This document shows, one piece after another, positions 27,221 through 36,853 of a stretch of DNA of 64,000 nt. How positions within the stretch are numbered: the stretch's first letter is position 1; each line of letters starts with the position of its first letter. A program made the position numbers and the translations under genes. Location of the stretch: NCBI GenBank assembly GCA_023245155.1, contig JAHFKV010000001.1, positions 331,034 through 395,033 on the forward strand. The letters run 5' to 3'. The stretch comes from Candidatus Staskawiczbacteria bacterium (GTDB taxonomy: Bacteria > Patescibacteriota > Minisyncoccia > Minisyncoccales > Staskawiczbacteraceae). A model generated the notes under the pieces. It had not been told where the DNA came from. It worked only from the letters and a program-made list of their open reading frames with translations, and ran no database searches.

Positions 27221-27295
27221 GCGGGCATGGTGTAGCCTGGTTAACACGCCTCCCTGTCACGGAGGAGACCGGGGGTTCAAATCCCCCTGCTCGCG
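27221..27295 (+). tRNA. tRNA-Asp (GTC)
   Basis: Acceptor GCGGGCA/TGCTCGC, anticodon arm CCTCC-CTGTCAC-GGAGG, T arm GGGGG-TTCAAAT-CCCCC. Confidence 0.9.
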
Positions 27296-27676
27296 CTACT
27301 CGACACGAATCGAAGCTAAAGCTTAGATTTTGTGTTTATTTTGGGTCTTTTTTGTCAGTTCCAACCTTTTATATCTGGCTTCCAGTACAGGATAGTCTTT
27401 TTGAATAGGAATAAACCACTTATTCGGATGAAGATATTCCTTTGGCAGAAGCCATAGGTGCAATTTCAATTAACCTTAATGATTTAGTAGTCCTAAATCC
27501 AATTCTTCTTCCATCATTAGTAATAGTAAGGGATCCACATGAAAATATTATAAAGCAATTATTGGAATGGGAAAAAGTGCCGGATGGTTATTTTGTAACT
27601 AAAGTAAATTAAGATACCAATATTTAATGTAATAGCCAGTAGAAGTCGCTTTTAAAAAAGGCAATTTTTTGATAGA

Positions 27677-28087
27677 GTGATACAAATGGATATCTTTGAA
27701 GAAGTAAAAAAACTCAATCTGCCGCTGGGTAAATATGTGGTAGTCGGAAGCGGAATCATGGCCGCCAAAAGAATGCGTAATATTAACGACATTGACCTTT
27801 TAGTTACCGAAGATGTTTATGAAATAATAAGCAAACAAGAGGGTTGGACTTCGGAACCTAAATCAGACGGATGGACATTAACAAAGGGTATTTATGAAAT
27901 TGATAAAGTGTTTAAATATAAAGAGTATAATCCTGGAACCGATCATCTTATTAAGACTGCTGAAATAATAAATGGAATTCCATTTATGCAATTATCGGAG
28001 CTAGTTAAATTCAAAGAAATATTGAGGAGAGAAAAAGATTTGGAAGATATTGAGTTAATTAAAAAGTATTTAGAAAATGGAGAGTAA
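27677..28087 (+). CDS. Minimal Pol-beta-superfamily nucleotidyltransferase
   Basis: VGSGIMAAKRMRNINDIDLLV matches the G[SG]-x(9-13)-DxD pattern. Start is the GTG at 27677 or the ATG at 27686. AT-rich. Confidence 0.55.
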   Translation: MIQMDIFEEVKKLNLPLGKYVVVGSGIMAAKRMRNINDIDLLVTEDVYEIISKQEGWTSEPKSDGWTLTKGIYEIDKVFKYKEYNPGTDHLIKTAEIINGIPFMQLSELVKFKEILRREKDLEDIELIKKYLENGE

Positions 28088-29366
28088 GGATATTATAATT
28101 ATTGGTGCAGGTATAGCTGGTATTACGCTTGCCATCCGACTTAAAAGAATGGGTATTGACCCAATGGTTTTTGAAGAACACGAAGAATCTGAATTAATTG
28201 ACGGGTATGATAAAAAATCGGTAAATATTACAATTTCTCATCGAGGCATTCAAGCCCTCAAACAGATAGATTGCGCCAAAGAGCTGATAGAAAAATCTAT
28301 GGATATCACCGGAAGAACACATTTTATCGGGGAAGAATCTTATTTCACGCCATACACATCAAAACCAAACTTTTGCCTTTATTCTATTGAAAGGAAAGAT
28401 CTTACAAAAATTCTAATCCAAAGAGCGAAAAAAGAAGGTGTAAAAATACAATTTGGGTTTAAGCTCACAAAAGCAAGATTTGATAAAAAGATTTGCTTCT
28501 TTCTCAATAAGAGAAAAGTTTACGAACATCCTTATGACTTTTTGTTCGGAGTCGATGGAGTGCATTCAAATATCAGAAATTGGCTTCGTATTCCGCATTC
28601 CATAACTCAAAGAGATGTTATCTATAAAAAAATTGACATTGACCCTGCTAATGCAGCCAGATTAAAACTAAATAGTCATTCTGTTAATATTTGGCCTAAT
28701 CCAAAGGGATTATTTTTTACTCTGCCTAATAAAGACGGCAGCCAGTCGGGTCTTATAAATATAAGCAGTAAAATTTTAGATGACATCGAAAGTGATAGCA
28801 ATCTGTTAAATAAATATTTTCCAATCCTTGAAACCGTAGTAGATAATTTTTCTGAAAAGTTTCACACAACTCCACCAGGTTCTTTTAAGGAAGTAGAGTG
28901 TGACGGCTGGTTTGCCAGAAGCAGTGTTCTTTTAATGGGAGATGCTGTCCATGCGATGATGCCTTTTTATGCCCAAGGTGCTAATTGTGCCCTGGAAGAC
29001 GTTTCTATATTTTGTGAGACGCTGAAGAAAAATAATTATGATTTATGGAAAACTTCTTTGGAGTTCCAAAAAGTCAGACCGCCTGTTACAAAAGCCATAA
29101 TTAAACTATCGCGCGGAAATTTAAAAAATCTTAAAGCAGATAAAGACATTGATGAACATCTTAACATTAAAAATATTGAGCTAGGCCTTGAACGGAAATT
29201 CCCAGATTACTTTTCGGAATACTCAATGGTTTCATTTACCGATATTCCATATGATAAGGTTCTTAATATTTTCGAGAAGCGCCAGCCAATTCTAAAAGAA
29301 TATTCAAAGAAGGTAATAGGTGAAGTATCAGATAATTTATTAAGTGAAATATATACAAAATTATAA
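28077..29366 (+). CDS. FAD-dependent aromatic-ring monooxygenase (kynurenine 3-monooxygenase/UbiH-like)
   Basis: IIIIGAGIAGITLAIRL...FEE (GxGxxG) and MGDAVHAMMPFYAQGANCALEDV. Confidence 0.8.
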   Translation: MESKDIIIIGAGIAGITLAIRLKRMGIDPMVFEEHEESELIDGYDKKSVNITISHRGIQALKQIDCAKELIEKSMDITGRTHFIGEESYFTPYTSKPNFCLYSIERKDLTKILIQRAKKEGVKIQFGFKLTKARFDKKICFFLNKRKVYEHPYDFLFGVDGVHSNIRNWLRIPHSITQRDVIYKKIDIDPANAARLKLNSHSVNIWPNPKGLFFTLPNKDGSQSGLINISSKILDDIESDSNLLNKYFPILETVVDNFSEKFHTTPPGSFKEVECDGWFARSSVLLMGDAVHAMMPFYAQGANCALEDVSIFCETLKKNNYDLWKTSLEFQKVRPPVTKAIIKLSRGNLKNLKADKDIDEHLNIKNIELGLERKFPDYFSEYSMVSFTDIPYDKVLNIFEKRQPILKEYSKKVIGEVSDNLLSEIYTKL

Positions 29367-29386
29367 TTACTATTAAACATACAAAC

Positions 29387-30010
29387 ATGGCAAATAATAT
29401 TGAAGTAGAATATCGGGGAACTTTAACCAAAGAGAAGTTTAAAGCATTAAGTGAATTACTGAAGGAAAAAGGAAAGTTTATCAAAGAGAAAGATAGATTC
29501 TCGGTTATTTATTTTCCCAGAGGAAAAGAACGGCTGAAGGTGAGCAAAAGCCCTTTAGATTTAAGAGTGAGAGTTACTAATAAAAAATCCGAGTTAGTTT
29601 TAAAGTATGGAAAAAATAGCGGTAATGACGCAAGGCAAGAATTTTCATTTCCAGTAGATTCTGAACAATTTGGAGAAATGACTGACTTTTTAAAGATATT
29701 AGGATTCTATTATGGCGTACTTCAAGCAACTAAAACCTATGTGTACGAATACAAAGATATTGAATTTGCATTAGTGGACGTTCCTGGCTGGGGCCATTAT
29801 TTTGAAGCCGAAATCATGGCGGAATCTGGTTCAATTAAAGCTGCGGATCAAAAGATTATGGCGACACTTGATGAGCTTGAACTAAAAGTATTGAATGAAA
29901 AGGAATTTTATAAGCTTCTGGATGACTTGAGTAATAGGCCTGGGTTTAGATTTAACTTTAAAAAAGAAAATTTCTCTGATCTTAAAAAGAGATTCGCTGA
30001 CTATTTTTAA
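29387..30010 (+). CDS. CYTH (triphosphate tunnel metalloenzyme, CyaB-like) domain protein
   Basis: N-terminal IEVEYRG (an ExExK-type motif with K replaced by R), LRVRV, LKYGK, YFEAEI. Confidence 0.6.
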   Translation: MANNIEVEYRGTLTKEKFKALSELLKEKGKFIKEKDRFSVIYFPRGKERLKVSKSPLDLRVRVTNKKSELVLKYGKNSGNDARQEFSFPVDSEQFGEMTDFLKILGFYYGVLQATKTYVYEYKDIEFALVDVPGWGHYFEAEIMAESGSIKAADQKIMATLDELELKVLNEKEFYKLLDDLSNRPGFRFNFKKENFSDLKKRFADYF

Positions 30011-30014
30011 AAAG

Positions 30015-30686
30015 ATGAATAATTCAAATGAAATTGGCTCATCGCTTCCAGAAAAAGAAGAAAGTCCTAAACAAGAAAAAATAAGAGAGATAATGAAAAG
30101 AAGCAAACAATTTATTGTCATTTGCGGACCTAGTGGCAGTGGAAAAACGATGGCAATAAAGCATCTTGTTGATAAGTATGGTTTTATTGAGCCACCTTTT
30201 TTAACCACCAGAAAGCTAAGGCCAGGAGAAAAAGAAATTGGCGGAGCTGTTTTAGATGAAGAAGATTTTTCCAAAAAAGAAACGAGCGGAGAAATTTTCC
30301 TACCTGCTCGAAATTATGGGAATGCCTACGGATATGATTTGGACGTGATATTTAATAGTGCGATAGAAGGCAATAATATTGTGGTTGAAGCACCTTCGGT
30401 CAATTTAACCACGGATGTAGCCCACTTCTTACCCGAAAGTACGGTAATCGGAATGCTTCCCCTGAACACTAAAGAAATAGAAGCTCAATTAACCGAGCGT
30501 GGATTAAATAGTGATAGCGATAGAAAAGCTCGATTATCATCTGTTGAAACAGAGAAAGAAAACATTTTGCGCGCATCCGAAACTATGAGTATTTCTCAAA
30601 TAACTCCTACGCATGGAGTTCCTGAAGATACCCTTACTCAAATTGATACCTTAATGGAACAAAAAAGATTTAAAGCAAAAGAATAA
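30015..30686 (+). CDS. Guanylate-kinase-like P-loop kinase
   Basis: Walker A CGPSGSGKT. FLTTRKLRPGEKE resembles the Gmk TTRxxRxGE motif. Confidence 0.65.
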   Translation: MNNSNEIGSSLPEKEESPKQEKIREIMKRSKQFIVICGPSGSGKTMAIKHLVDKYGFIEPPFLTTRKLRPGEKEIGGAVLDEEDFSKKETSGEIFLPARNYGNAYGYDLDVIFNSAIEGNNIVVEAPSVNLTTDVAHFLPESTVIGMLPLNTKEIEAQLTERGLNSDSDRKARLSSVETEKENILRASETMSISQITPTHGVPEDTLTQIDTLMEQKRFKAKE

Positions 30687-30692
30687 TATATT

Positions 30693-31952
30693 ATGAAAAA
30701 AGTTATAAAGTTTTTTCAAACTTACTTTTCTTTATCTTCATATGCCGGCTACGATACAAGGCTAAGGAATGGTTTAGTGTTCGGCCGTCCATGGTCGCCT
30801 TTACGGTTTAGTGGGCGATTTTTTCCTTTTTGGTTTGGAAAATATAACTACAATAATATACTTCTTCATGCAAAGAATATTTCTAACGAAAAAGATATAG
30901 AAATATCTGATAATGGAACATTCAATTTTACCAGGTATCTTGAAAAGAAATTATTATTTAAAATTGTCCAAATGCTTAAATTGCCGTTTAAGCCGTTTTC
31001 AGGATATATTACAAGCGGGGCGACGGAAGCAAATATGTATGCTATGTGGATTGCGAGAGAATGGGCAAAGTCTAAGAAATTAAAGGATTCTAAGGTTTAT
31101 TGGATTATTCCAGATAACGCGCATTATTCAATTGAAAAATCATTAGAGTTGATGGATGTGCGCAGAAATCCTGATAATGAAATAATCCAAATAGAAACGA
31201 ACGCGCTGGGTGACGCAAAATATGAGAAAATCGTAGAATTTATCAAAGAACATAGTAGTAGTCCGATTATTCTACCTCTTACAGTAATGACTACTGAATG
31301 CGGAGCTATCGACCCGGTAAAACAAATAAATGATTTTATTATTCAATCAAAGTTAGATAATATCTTTTTCCATGTTGATGCAGCTTTCTCGGGATTCATT
31401 CTTCCTTTTTTAAATGAGTACAGTAGTATTTTTTCATTAGATTCATTAACCTCAATTAGTGTTGATTTTAGTAAAACAATAGGGGGTAACGTAGGTTCTG
31501 GCGCAGTTATTTTCCGGGCAGGGTTGGAGGAGTATGTTAAGATTCACGCTTCATATTTATCTACTAACGCCGACCAGACTTTAACAGGAAGTAGAAAAGG
31601 TTCGGATGTTATTGCAATGTATAGCATATTATCTGTTAATAGCGACTTTGATATTAAAAAAGACATCTTAAATGCGTTTAAAAAAACTAGATTTTTGGTG
31701 AAAGAAATTTCTAAACTTAATTCTATAAAATTATTTTATGGGCCAAAATTAAACTACATTGTCTTTTCGTTGAATATTGAAAGTGGCACAAAAGGAGAAA
31801 AATTGCGAAAGATTTTGAAATCTTATGCCATAAGTTCTTCAATGGTTAAGATAGAGCATAAAGAGCAGGAGTTATTTAAAATAATATTAAGGAGCGACCA
31901 TAGTTATAAAAATATAAAAAAGCTGATTAATAGCCTCAAAACAGTTTCTTAA
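30693..31952 (+). CDS. Group II PLP-dependent decarboxylase (MfnA/GadB-like)
   Basis: TSGATEANMYAMWIAREW, FHVDAAFSGFILPF, and the Lys-bearing motif SVDFSKTIGG (the usual form is DxHK). Confidence 0.7.
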   Translation: MKKVIKFFQTYFSLSSYAGYDTRLRNGLVFGRPWSPLRFSGRFFPFWFGKYNYNNILLHAKNISNEKDIEISDNGTFNFTRYLEKKLLFKIVQMLKLPFKPFSGYITSGATEANMYAMWIAREWAKSKKLKDSKVYWIIPDNAHYSIEKSLELMDVRRNPDNEIIQIETNALGDAKYEKIVEFIKEHSSSPIILPLTVMTTECGAIDPVKQINDFIIQSKLDNIFFHVDAAFSGFILPFLNEYSSIFSLDSLTSISVDFSKTIGGNVGSGAVIFRAGLEEYVKIHASYLSTNADQTLTGSRKGSDVIAMYSILSVNSDFDIKKDILNAFKKTRFLVKEISKLNSIKLFYGPKLNYIVFSLNIESGTKGEKLRKILKSYAISSSMVKIEHKEQELFKIILRSDHSYKNIKKLINSLKTVS

Positions 31953-31954
31953 AT

Positions 31955-33061
31955 ATGAGTGTAAAGGATTATAAAATTGGCCACCTAACGAATCCTTTAA
32001 AAGCAAAGATCAAAAAAGCTTCCCTGAAAGGGAAAGGCTGTAAGATTATCGTACCTGCTCGGATTAATACGTTTCTTTGCCATCACAACTATTTTGCGCA
32101 TCCTCCAAAACCACAGATCTATCCAGTGGATTCTATTAACTTTGCTATCAGTAAGTTTACGGAGGCTACAGTAACAATAAGGAATGATAGAAAAATTATC
32201 ATTAAGGCTTCCGATAAACATTTAGCAATCATTGAGCATACCGTAAAAATAATGCAAAAGACTTTGGATATAGAAACCGGATTTAACATAACTGCTAGAA
32301 ATTTACACAAAATATCTCATGGTGGATTGGCTTCGTCTTCTGCTATTATGTCAGCCGTAGCGCAAGCCATTAACGTATTAATGGGGAATGTTTTATCTGT
32401 TGAGGATACAACAAAGCTAATTTCCCAGAATTATGGCGAGGAGTCATCAAAGAGAGGTTTTATATCGAGTGCTGCCAGTATCGGCGGATCTACGGCAATA
32501 GGATTATCTAGTAAATCTTTGGCTATTATCGGGGGAGAATCTGAAATATGGTTACTAAATAATTTACCAAAAGAATATTCTGCAGTGCTTTTATATCCAA
32601 AAAAGATAAAAACTATTAGCAAGGCTTTAGATGACGTGCTTAATAAAAAAGAATTTTCTTTATTAGAAACCATAGATGATGGGTGGGGAAGTATCAAAGA
32701 AAACATACTGAAAACAAAAATCATTCCAGCCATCAATAAAAAAGATTACTCAGCTTTATTCAGGACAATTAATATGTATACTATTGGTGCTTATGGAGAT
32801 ATTCCGGGATATTTTAATTCCCGATGGAATTCTTATGGAATATCTTTTAACTCGTTGATATATATTATCTTCTCTAAAATTTTCAGCTCACTTAAAATTA
32901 ATGAACATTGCTTCTTTGTTTCTTCAAATGGTCCGCTTATTGCAGTAATAACCAAAAATCCCAAAAAAGTTGTAGATTTATTTAAAGAATTTGAAAAATC
33001 TTTCTCTATTGAAAGAGTATCATTGTCTGCAAAAACTAGTATCACTCTTTCAAAGAATTAG
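31955..33061 (+). CDS. GHMP-kinase-superfamily protein (beta-RFAP-synthase-like)
   Basis: IIVPARINTFL at the N-terminus. GHMP motif-II-like HGGLASSSAIMSAVAQAI. Confidence 0.5.
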   Translation: MSVKDYKIGHLTNPLKAKIKKASLKGKGCKIIVPARINTFLCHHNYFAHPPKPQIYPVDSINFAISKFTEATVTIRNDRKIIIKASDKHLAIIEHTVKIMQKTLDIETGFNITARNLHKISHGGLASSSAIMSAVAQAINVLMGNVLSVEDTTKLISQNYGEESSKRGFISSAASIGGSTAIGLSSKSLAIIGGESEIWLLNNLPKEYSAVLLYPKKIKTISKALDDVLNKKEFSLLETIDDGWGSIKENILKTKIIPAINKKDYSALFRTINMYTIGAYGDIPGYFNSRWNSYGISFNSLIYIIFSKIFSSLKINEHCFFVSSNGPLIAVITKNPKKVVDLFKEFEKSFSIERVSLSAKTSITLSKN

Positions 33062-33133
33062 GGTCGGGGATATGTAAATACCCTTGATGTGTCCTTATTC
33101 TGGTTCCAACAGCGTCCAGTATGGTGCGCACAG

Positions 33134-33159
33134 AAAAACCGCCTTCCCGGCGGTTTTTT
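33134..33159. terminator. Intrinsic terminator (A-run and T-run, possibly bidirectional)
   Basis: AAAAACCGCC / TTCCC / GGCGGTTTTTT. Confidence 0.7.
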
Positions 33160-33295
33160 GGTAAAACGAGATAACGAGAGTAAAGGCTGAAAAGAGTTGC
33201 TTGGATTTTGGCCTGCCGTTTGATATACTGATGAAAGAAAGGGCGTCGTCGTCCGTCTTCATATAATCGTATTAGTAATATTATATTAAGCTACT

Positions 33296-33760
33296 ATGAA
33301 CAACAAAACACTATATATCGTCATAGCCGTTGCCGTTATCGTAATTGTCGGGGGTGTTTGGTGGTATATGCAAGGCCAATATGTTGGTGCGCCAAATAAC
33401 TATTCAGCCGGGCAAAATTCCAGCCCATCAACTGAATCAACATCAACAACAATATCCTCGGGCACTCCGGCCAAGCTTTCCTATGAAAAGGCTATGGCCT
33501 TATATGGAGACCGGAGAATCCAGTTTGATAGCAAGTGCGTTGTGACTCCGAATTTCCCCACCTTTAAAATAGGCACCACAATCATGCTGGATAATCGTTC
33601 TAATAAAACCAGGATCATTTCTTTAGATGGAGCTGACTATGCCGTTAAAGCCTATGACTACGCAGTGGTCACCTTGCACACGGGCGCTTCATTGCCCCAC
33701 ACCATGTACATTGACTGTGCTAATGGCGAAAGCAATGGAAGGGTTTTATTACAGAAATAA
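33296..33760 (+). CDS. Membrane-anchored exported protein; function unknown
   Basis: N-terminal TM helix, Ser/Thr-rich linker, folded C-terminal domain. Confidence 0.5.
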   Translation: MNNKTLYIVIAVAVIVIVGGVWWYMQGQYVGAPNNYSAGQNSSPSTESTSTTISSGTPAKLSYEKAMALYGDRRIQFDSKCVVTPNFPTFKIGTTIMLDNRSNKTRIISLDGADYAVKAYDYAVVTLHTGASLPHTMYIDCANGESNGRVLLQK

Positions 33761-34348
33761 ATGGAGCAATCTTCTGACCAGCAACTTATTACCAATTATT
33801 TGAAGGGGGATGAGCGGTCGCTCAATCTTTTGATCGGCCGGTACACAAAGCCCATGTATGGCTTTGTGTTTAGCTACGTGAAAAATAAAGAAATCGCCGA
33901 AGACATCACTCAGGAAACCTTTTTGAAGGTGTTCCGCAATATCAGAAAGGTAGACAAGAATAAAAATTTTAAGTCGTGGATATACACCATCGCTAAAAAT
34001 ACCACCTTGGATTTTTTCAAAAAGAAAAAATCTTTATCGTTTTCGTTGTTTGAAGACGCTACTGGCAAGAATGTGCTGGTTGAGGTGTTGGCCGATAAAG
34101 CTAAGCAGCCGCATGAACTTTCTGAAATGTCAGAAAGCAGTAGCTTATTTTTGGGAGCCATTAAAACACTTTCGGCAAAATACCGGCAAATTCTGGTAAT
34201 GTACTACTATGAATATTTCAATTTCCGCGAAATCGCAGAGCAATTAGGGGAGCCCATTAACACGATTAAAAGCCGGCACCGCAGGGGATTAGTCCTGCTG
34301 AAAAAAGCGGTGGTTGCCGCACCAAACCGAAGGCCGTATCCGTACTAG
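33761..34348 (+). CDS. ECF-type RNA polymerase sigma factor
   Basis: Region 2 (DITQETFLKVFRNI, SWIYTIAKN) and region 4 (YYEYFNFREIAEQLGEPINTIKSRHRRGL). Confidence 0.85.
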   Translation: MEQSSDQQLITNYLKGDERSLNLLIGRYTKPMYGFVFSYVKNKEIAEDITQETFLKVFRNIRKVDKNKNFKSWIYTIAKNTTLDFFKKKKSLSFSLFEDATGKNVLVEVLADKAKQPHELSEMSESSSLFLGAIKTLSAKYRQILVMYYYEYFNFREIAEQLGEPINTIKSRHRRGLVLLKKAVVAAPNRRPYPY

Positions 34349-34358
34349 GATAAGGCTT

Positions 34359-34730
34359 ATGTCAGAACTATTTGAGAAAATTATTTTAGCAGTCAAGCAG
34401 GAGCAGGAATTCAGCCAAACCCGAAATTTACTGTCGGTCTTTTTGGTGTTACTTTTTCTGGCTGTGGCCGCTTTGCCATTTACCCTTTCGTTTTTTATAA
34501 GCCAGTGGATAGCATCGGGAACCTCGTATTTTATTCTGGCGGCAATCCAAGCCCACCTGTTTTTTGCTTATTGGCAGGATTTTTTGCTTTCCATTTTTGA
34601 ATCACTGCCGGTCATGGCAATTTTGCTTGTCACGTTAAACATGGCCCTTTGTGTATTTTTATTGCGTTTATTTTTATATAAAAAGGGCCTTATCTTAAAA
34701 TATCTTCAACATGTCTATGGAACCAGATAA
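34359..34730 (+). CDS. Membrane protein, candidate anti-sigma factor
   Basis: Sits immediately after the ECF sigma gene and has three TM helices. I moved the start to the ATG at 34359. Confidence 0.4.
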   Translation: MSELFEKIILAVKQEQEFSQTRNLLSVFLVLLFLAVAALPFTLSFFISQWIASGTSYFILAAIQAHLFFAYWQDFLLSIFESLPVMAILLVTLNMALCVFLLRLFLYKKGLILKYLQHVYGTR

Positions 34731-35148
34731 CCAACAGCAAAAACCAGCCCGGCCGCTAACCATTATCCTCGCGGCGTTATTATTGTTTGCGTTACTGGTG
34801 CTCATGTTTAGTATGGGGGTTTGGGTAGGTCAAAAGCGGGCAGAGTTCTCATCCCGATGGAGGGAAAATTATCGCAAGAACTTTGTTGAATCTGCCAATG
34901 GCCACGGCATTTTCGGGTCTGTCATTAGCATAGATGCTTCAACTATAACGGTTAAAGACCGGGATGGCGTGGAAAAAGTGGTTATTATTTCTGGAGCGGT
35001 AAAACCTGCCAAGATCAGCGTTGGCGATATGGTGGTGGTTATCGGCTCTCCAGACAGCCAGGGGCAGATCAACGCCCGATTTATCCGGGTGTTGCCCCAG
35101 GGGTTTCCTTCGTCAATGGTGAATAATAGTCATCCCTATCAATCATGA
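34711..35148 (+). CDS. Membrane-anchored small beta-domain protein (DUF5666-like)
   Basis: TM helix, then GSVISIDASTITVKDRDGVEKVVI...VGDMVVVIGSPDSQGQINARFIRV. Paralogous in pattern to 38823..39218. Confidence 0.45.
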   Translation: MSMEPDNQQQKPARPLTIILAALLLFALLVLMFSMGVWVGQKRAEFSSRWRENYRKNFVESANGHGIFGSVISIDASTITVKDRDGVEKVVIISGAVKPAKISVGDMVVVIGSPDSQGQINARFIRVLPQGFPSSMVNNSHPYQS

Positions 35149-36797
35149 CACTTTCTAAAAAAATCATAGCGTGGGTGAAAACCCATAAAATTATTTCCGG
35201 AATTGTGTTGCTTCTTCTCGTTGGTGGGGGATACTATTGGCATTATTCAGTTGTGGGAGCTGCCGTGAAAACCAGCTACGTTTCAGAAGCTGCTCAAAAA
35301 GGGACGATTATAGCCTCTATTTCTGGCAGTGGGCAGGTAGCCTCGTCGAATCAAGTTGACTTAAAAAGCAAAGTTTCTGAAAACGTCGTATATGTTGGCG
35401 TAAAAAATGGGCAGCAGGTGCCCGCCGGAACGCTGCTCGTGGAGTTTAATACAACCACCGCGCAAAAAAAAGTACGGGACGCGCAAATTTCTCTAGACAA
35501 TGCTAATTTGGCTTTACAAAAAACTCAGTCGGGTAACACCACCATCCCTTTAACCAAACAACAGGCCGAAGATAATCTTGCCAAGGCGTATGACGACACG
35601 TTCACTGCCATTTCCAATACTTTTTTGGATTTACCCGATGTCATGACTGGTTTAGATGAAACCCTGTTTGGCACGGAAACCAATAAGAGCCTGCAGGCAA
35701 ATCTGTTTTATTACGGCCAGACGTACAGTGGCGTAGCTAATATCTCTTACCAAAAAGCCAAAACTGATTACGACAAAAACTTCACTGATTACCGAGCCAT
35801 ATCCAGGACCGCTGACACCGCCAGTATTGAAGCCATGCTGGCTCAAACCTATCAAACCACCCAAGATATTTCTGATGCCATTAAAACCGCCAATAATATG
35901 ATTCAGTTTTATGAAAATAATGCCACGTCCCAGGGAATGCAGATTAACCCGGTGGCTACCACTCAGTTGGCCGGTTTAAATACCTATGCGGGAAAAGTAG
36001 ATGCTGATCTTTCTAATTTGCTGAACATGAAGTCAACCATCCAGAGCGATAAAGGCGCCATCATTAACGCAGATATTAGTTTGCAATCACAAGGCTTATC
36101 AGTGCAAGGCGCCAATTTATCAGTTACCCAAGCCCAAAATGCCCTGCAAGATGCTAAAGATAATTTAGCCGATTATTATGTGTATGCTCCTTTCAGCGGA
36201 GTGGTAGCGGCAGTACCTTTGAAGGTGCATGATGCCGCTTCATCGGGGGCCACGGCGGTTACCCTTATTACTAACCAAAGCATCACTCAAATTCCCTTTA
36301 ACGAAGTGGATATTATGAAAATAAAAATCGGCCAGAAAGCCACCTTAACTTTTGATGCCCTATCCGACCTTTCTATGGTAGGCCAAGTAGCTGATATTGA
36401 TACTTTAGGAACCGTGACTCAGGGTGTAGTAAATTACAATGTAAAAATCACTTTTGATGCTTCCGGCAGCCAGGTAAAACCGGGTATGTCGGTGACCACT
36501 AGTGTCATTACTGATGTAAAACAAGATGTACTGACCATTCCGAATTCTGCAGTAAAAACTTCTGGCGGTCAAAAATATGTGCAAGTACTGGTGAATGGTG
36601 CGCCCGTGCGCCATGATGTGCAAACCGGCCTGGTTAATGATACCGACACAGAAATTACCAGCGGTTTGAACGAGGGCGATATGGTGATAACCCAAACTAT
36701 TACTTCTTCGGCCGCCAAAACCACCACCGCAACTTCTTCATCCATAAGAATTCCGGGTATTACCGGTGGTGGTGGTGGAGGTTTCCGTGGGAATTAA
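35145..36797 (+). CDS. HlyD/MacA-family periplasmic adaptor
   Basis: N-terminal TM helix, long coiled-coil middle, YVYAPFSGVVAAV lipoyl-like motif, C-terminal beta-barrel, Gly-rich tail. Confidence 0.75.
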   Translation: MTLSKKIIAWVKTHKIISGIVLLLLVGGGYYWHYSVVGAAVKTSYVSEAAQKGTIIASISGSGQVASSNQVDLKSKVSENVVYVGVKNGQQVPAGTLLVEFNTTTAQKKVRDAQISLDNANLALQKTQSGNTTIPLTKQQAEDNLAKAYDDTFTAISNTFLDLPDVMTGLDETLFGTETNKSLQANLFYYGQTYSGVANISYQKAKTDYDKNFTDYRAISRTADTASIEAMLAQTYQTTQDISDAIKTANNMIQFYENNATSQGMQINPVATTQLAGLNTYAGKVDADLSNLLNMKSTIQSDKGAIINADISLQSQGLSVQGANLSVTQAQNALQDAKDNLADYYVYAPFSGVVAAVPLKVHDAASSGATAVTLITNQSITQIPFNEVDIMKIKIGQKATLTFDALSDLSMVGQVADIDTLGTVTQGVVNYNVKITFDASGSQVKPGMSVTTSVITDVKQDVLTIPNSAVKTSGGQKYVQVLVNGAPVRHDVQTGLVNDTDTEITSGLNEGDMVITQTITSSAAKTTTATSSSIRIPGITGGGGGGFRGN

Positions 36798-36853
36798 CAA
36801 GGTATCCAGCGTCCCGCTTAGTGGGACGAGGTTAATAACTTAATTCTAAATTC

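Noticed and set aside
27010-27408. ORFs 27010..27228 (-) and 27169..27408 (+)
   Set aside because: They overlap the two hand-folded tRNA genes, so they are artefacts of structured RNA sequence.
27296-33295. Calling the tRNA-adjacent island an integrative mobile element
   Set aside because: I saw no integrase, recombinase or transposase. By eye I could not find a direct repeat of the tRNA-Asp 3' end at the right border (33062-33295). It is therefore reported as a compositional island only.
33160-33295. Possible regulatory inverted repeat or small peptide (MCPYSGSNSVQYGAHRKTAFPAVFW) at the island's right border
   Set aside because: The pairing is imperfect, and the 25-codon frame has no ribosome-binding site and runs through the terminator. 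The support is insufficient.
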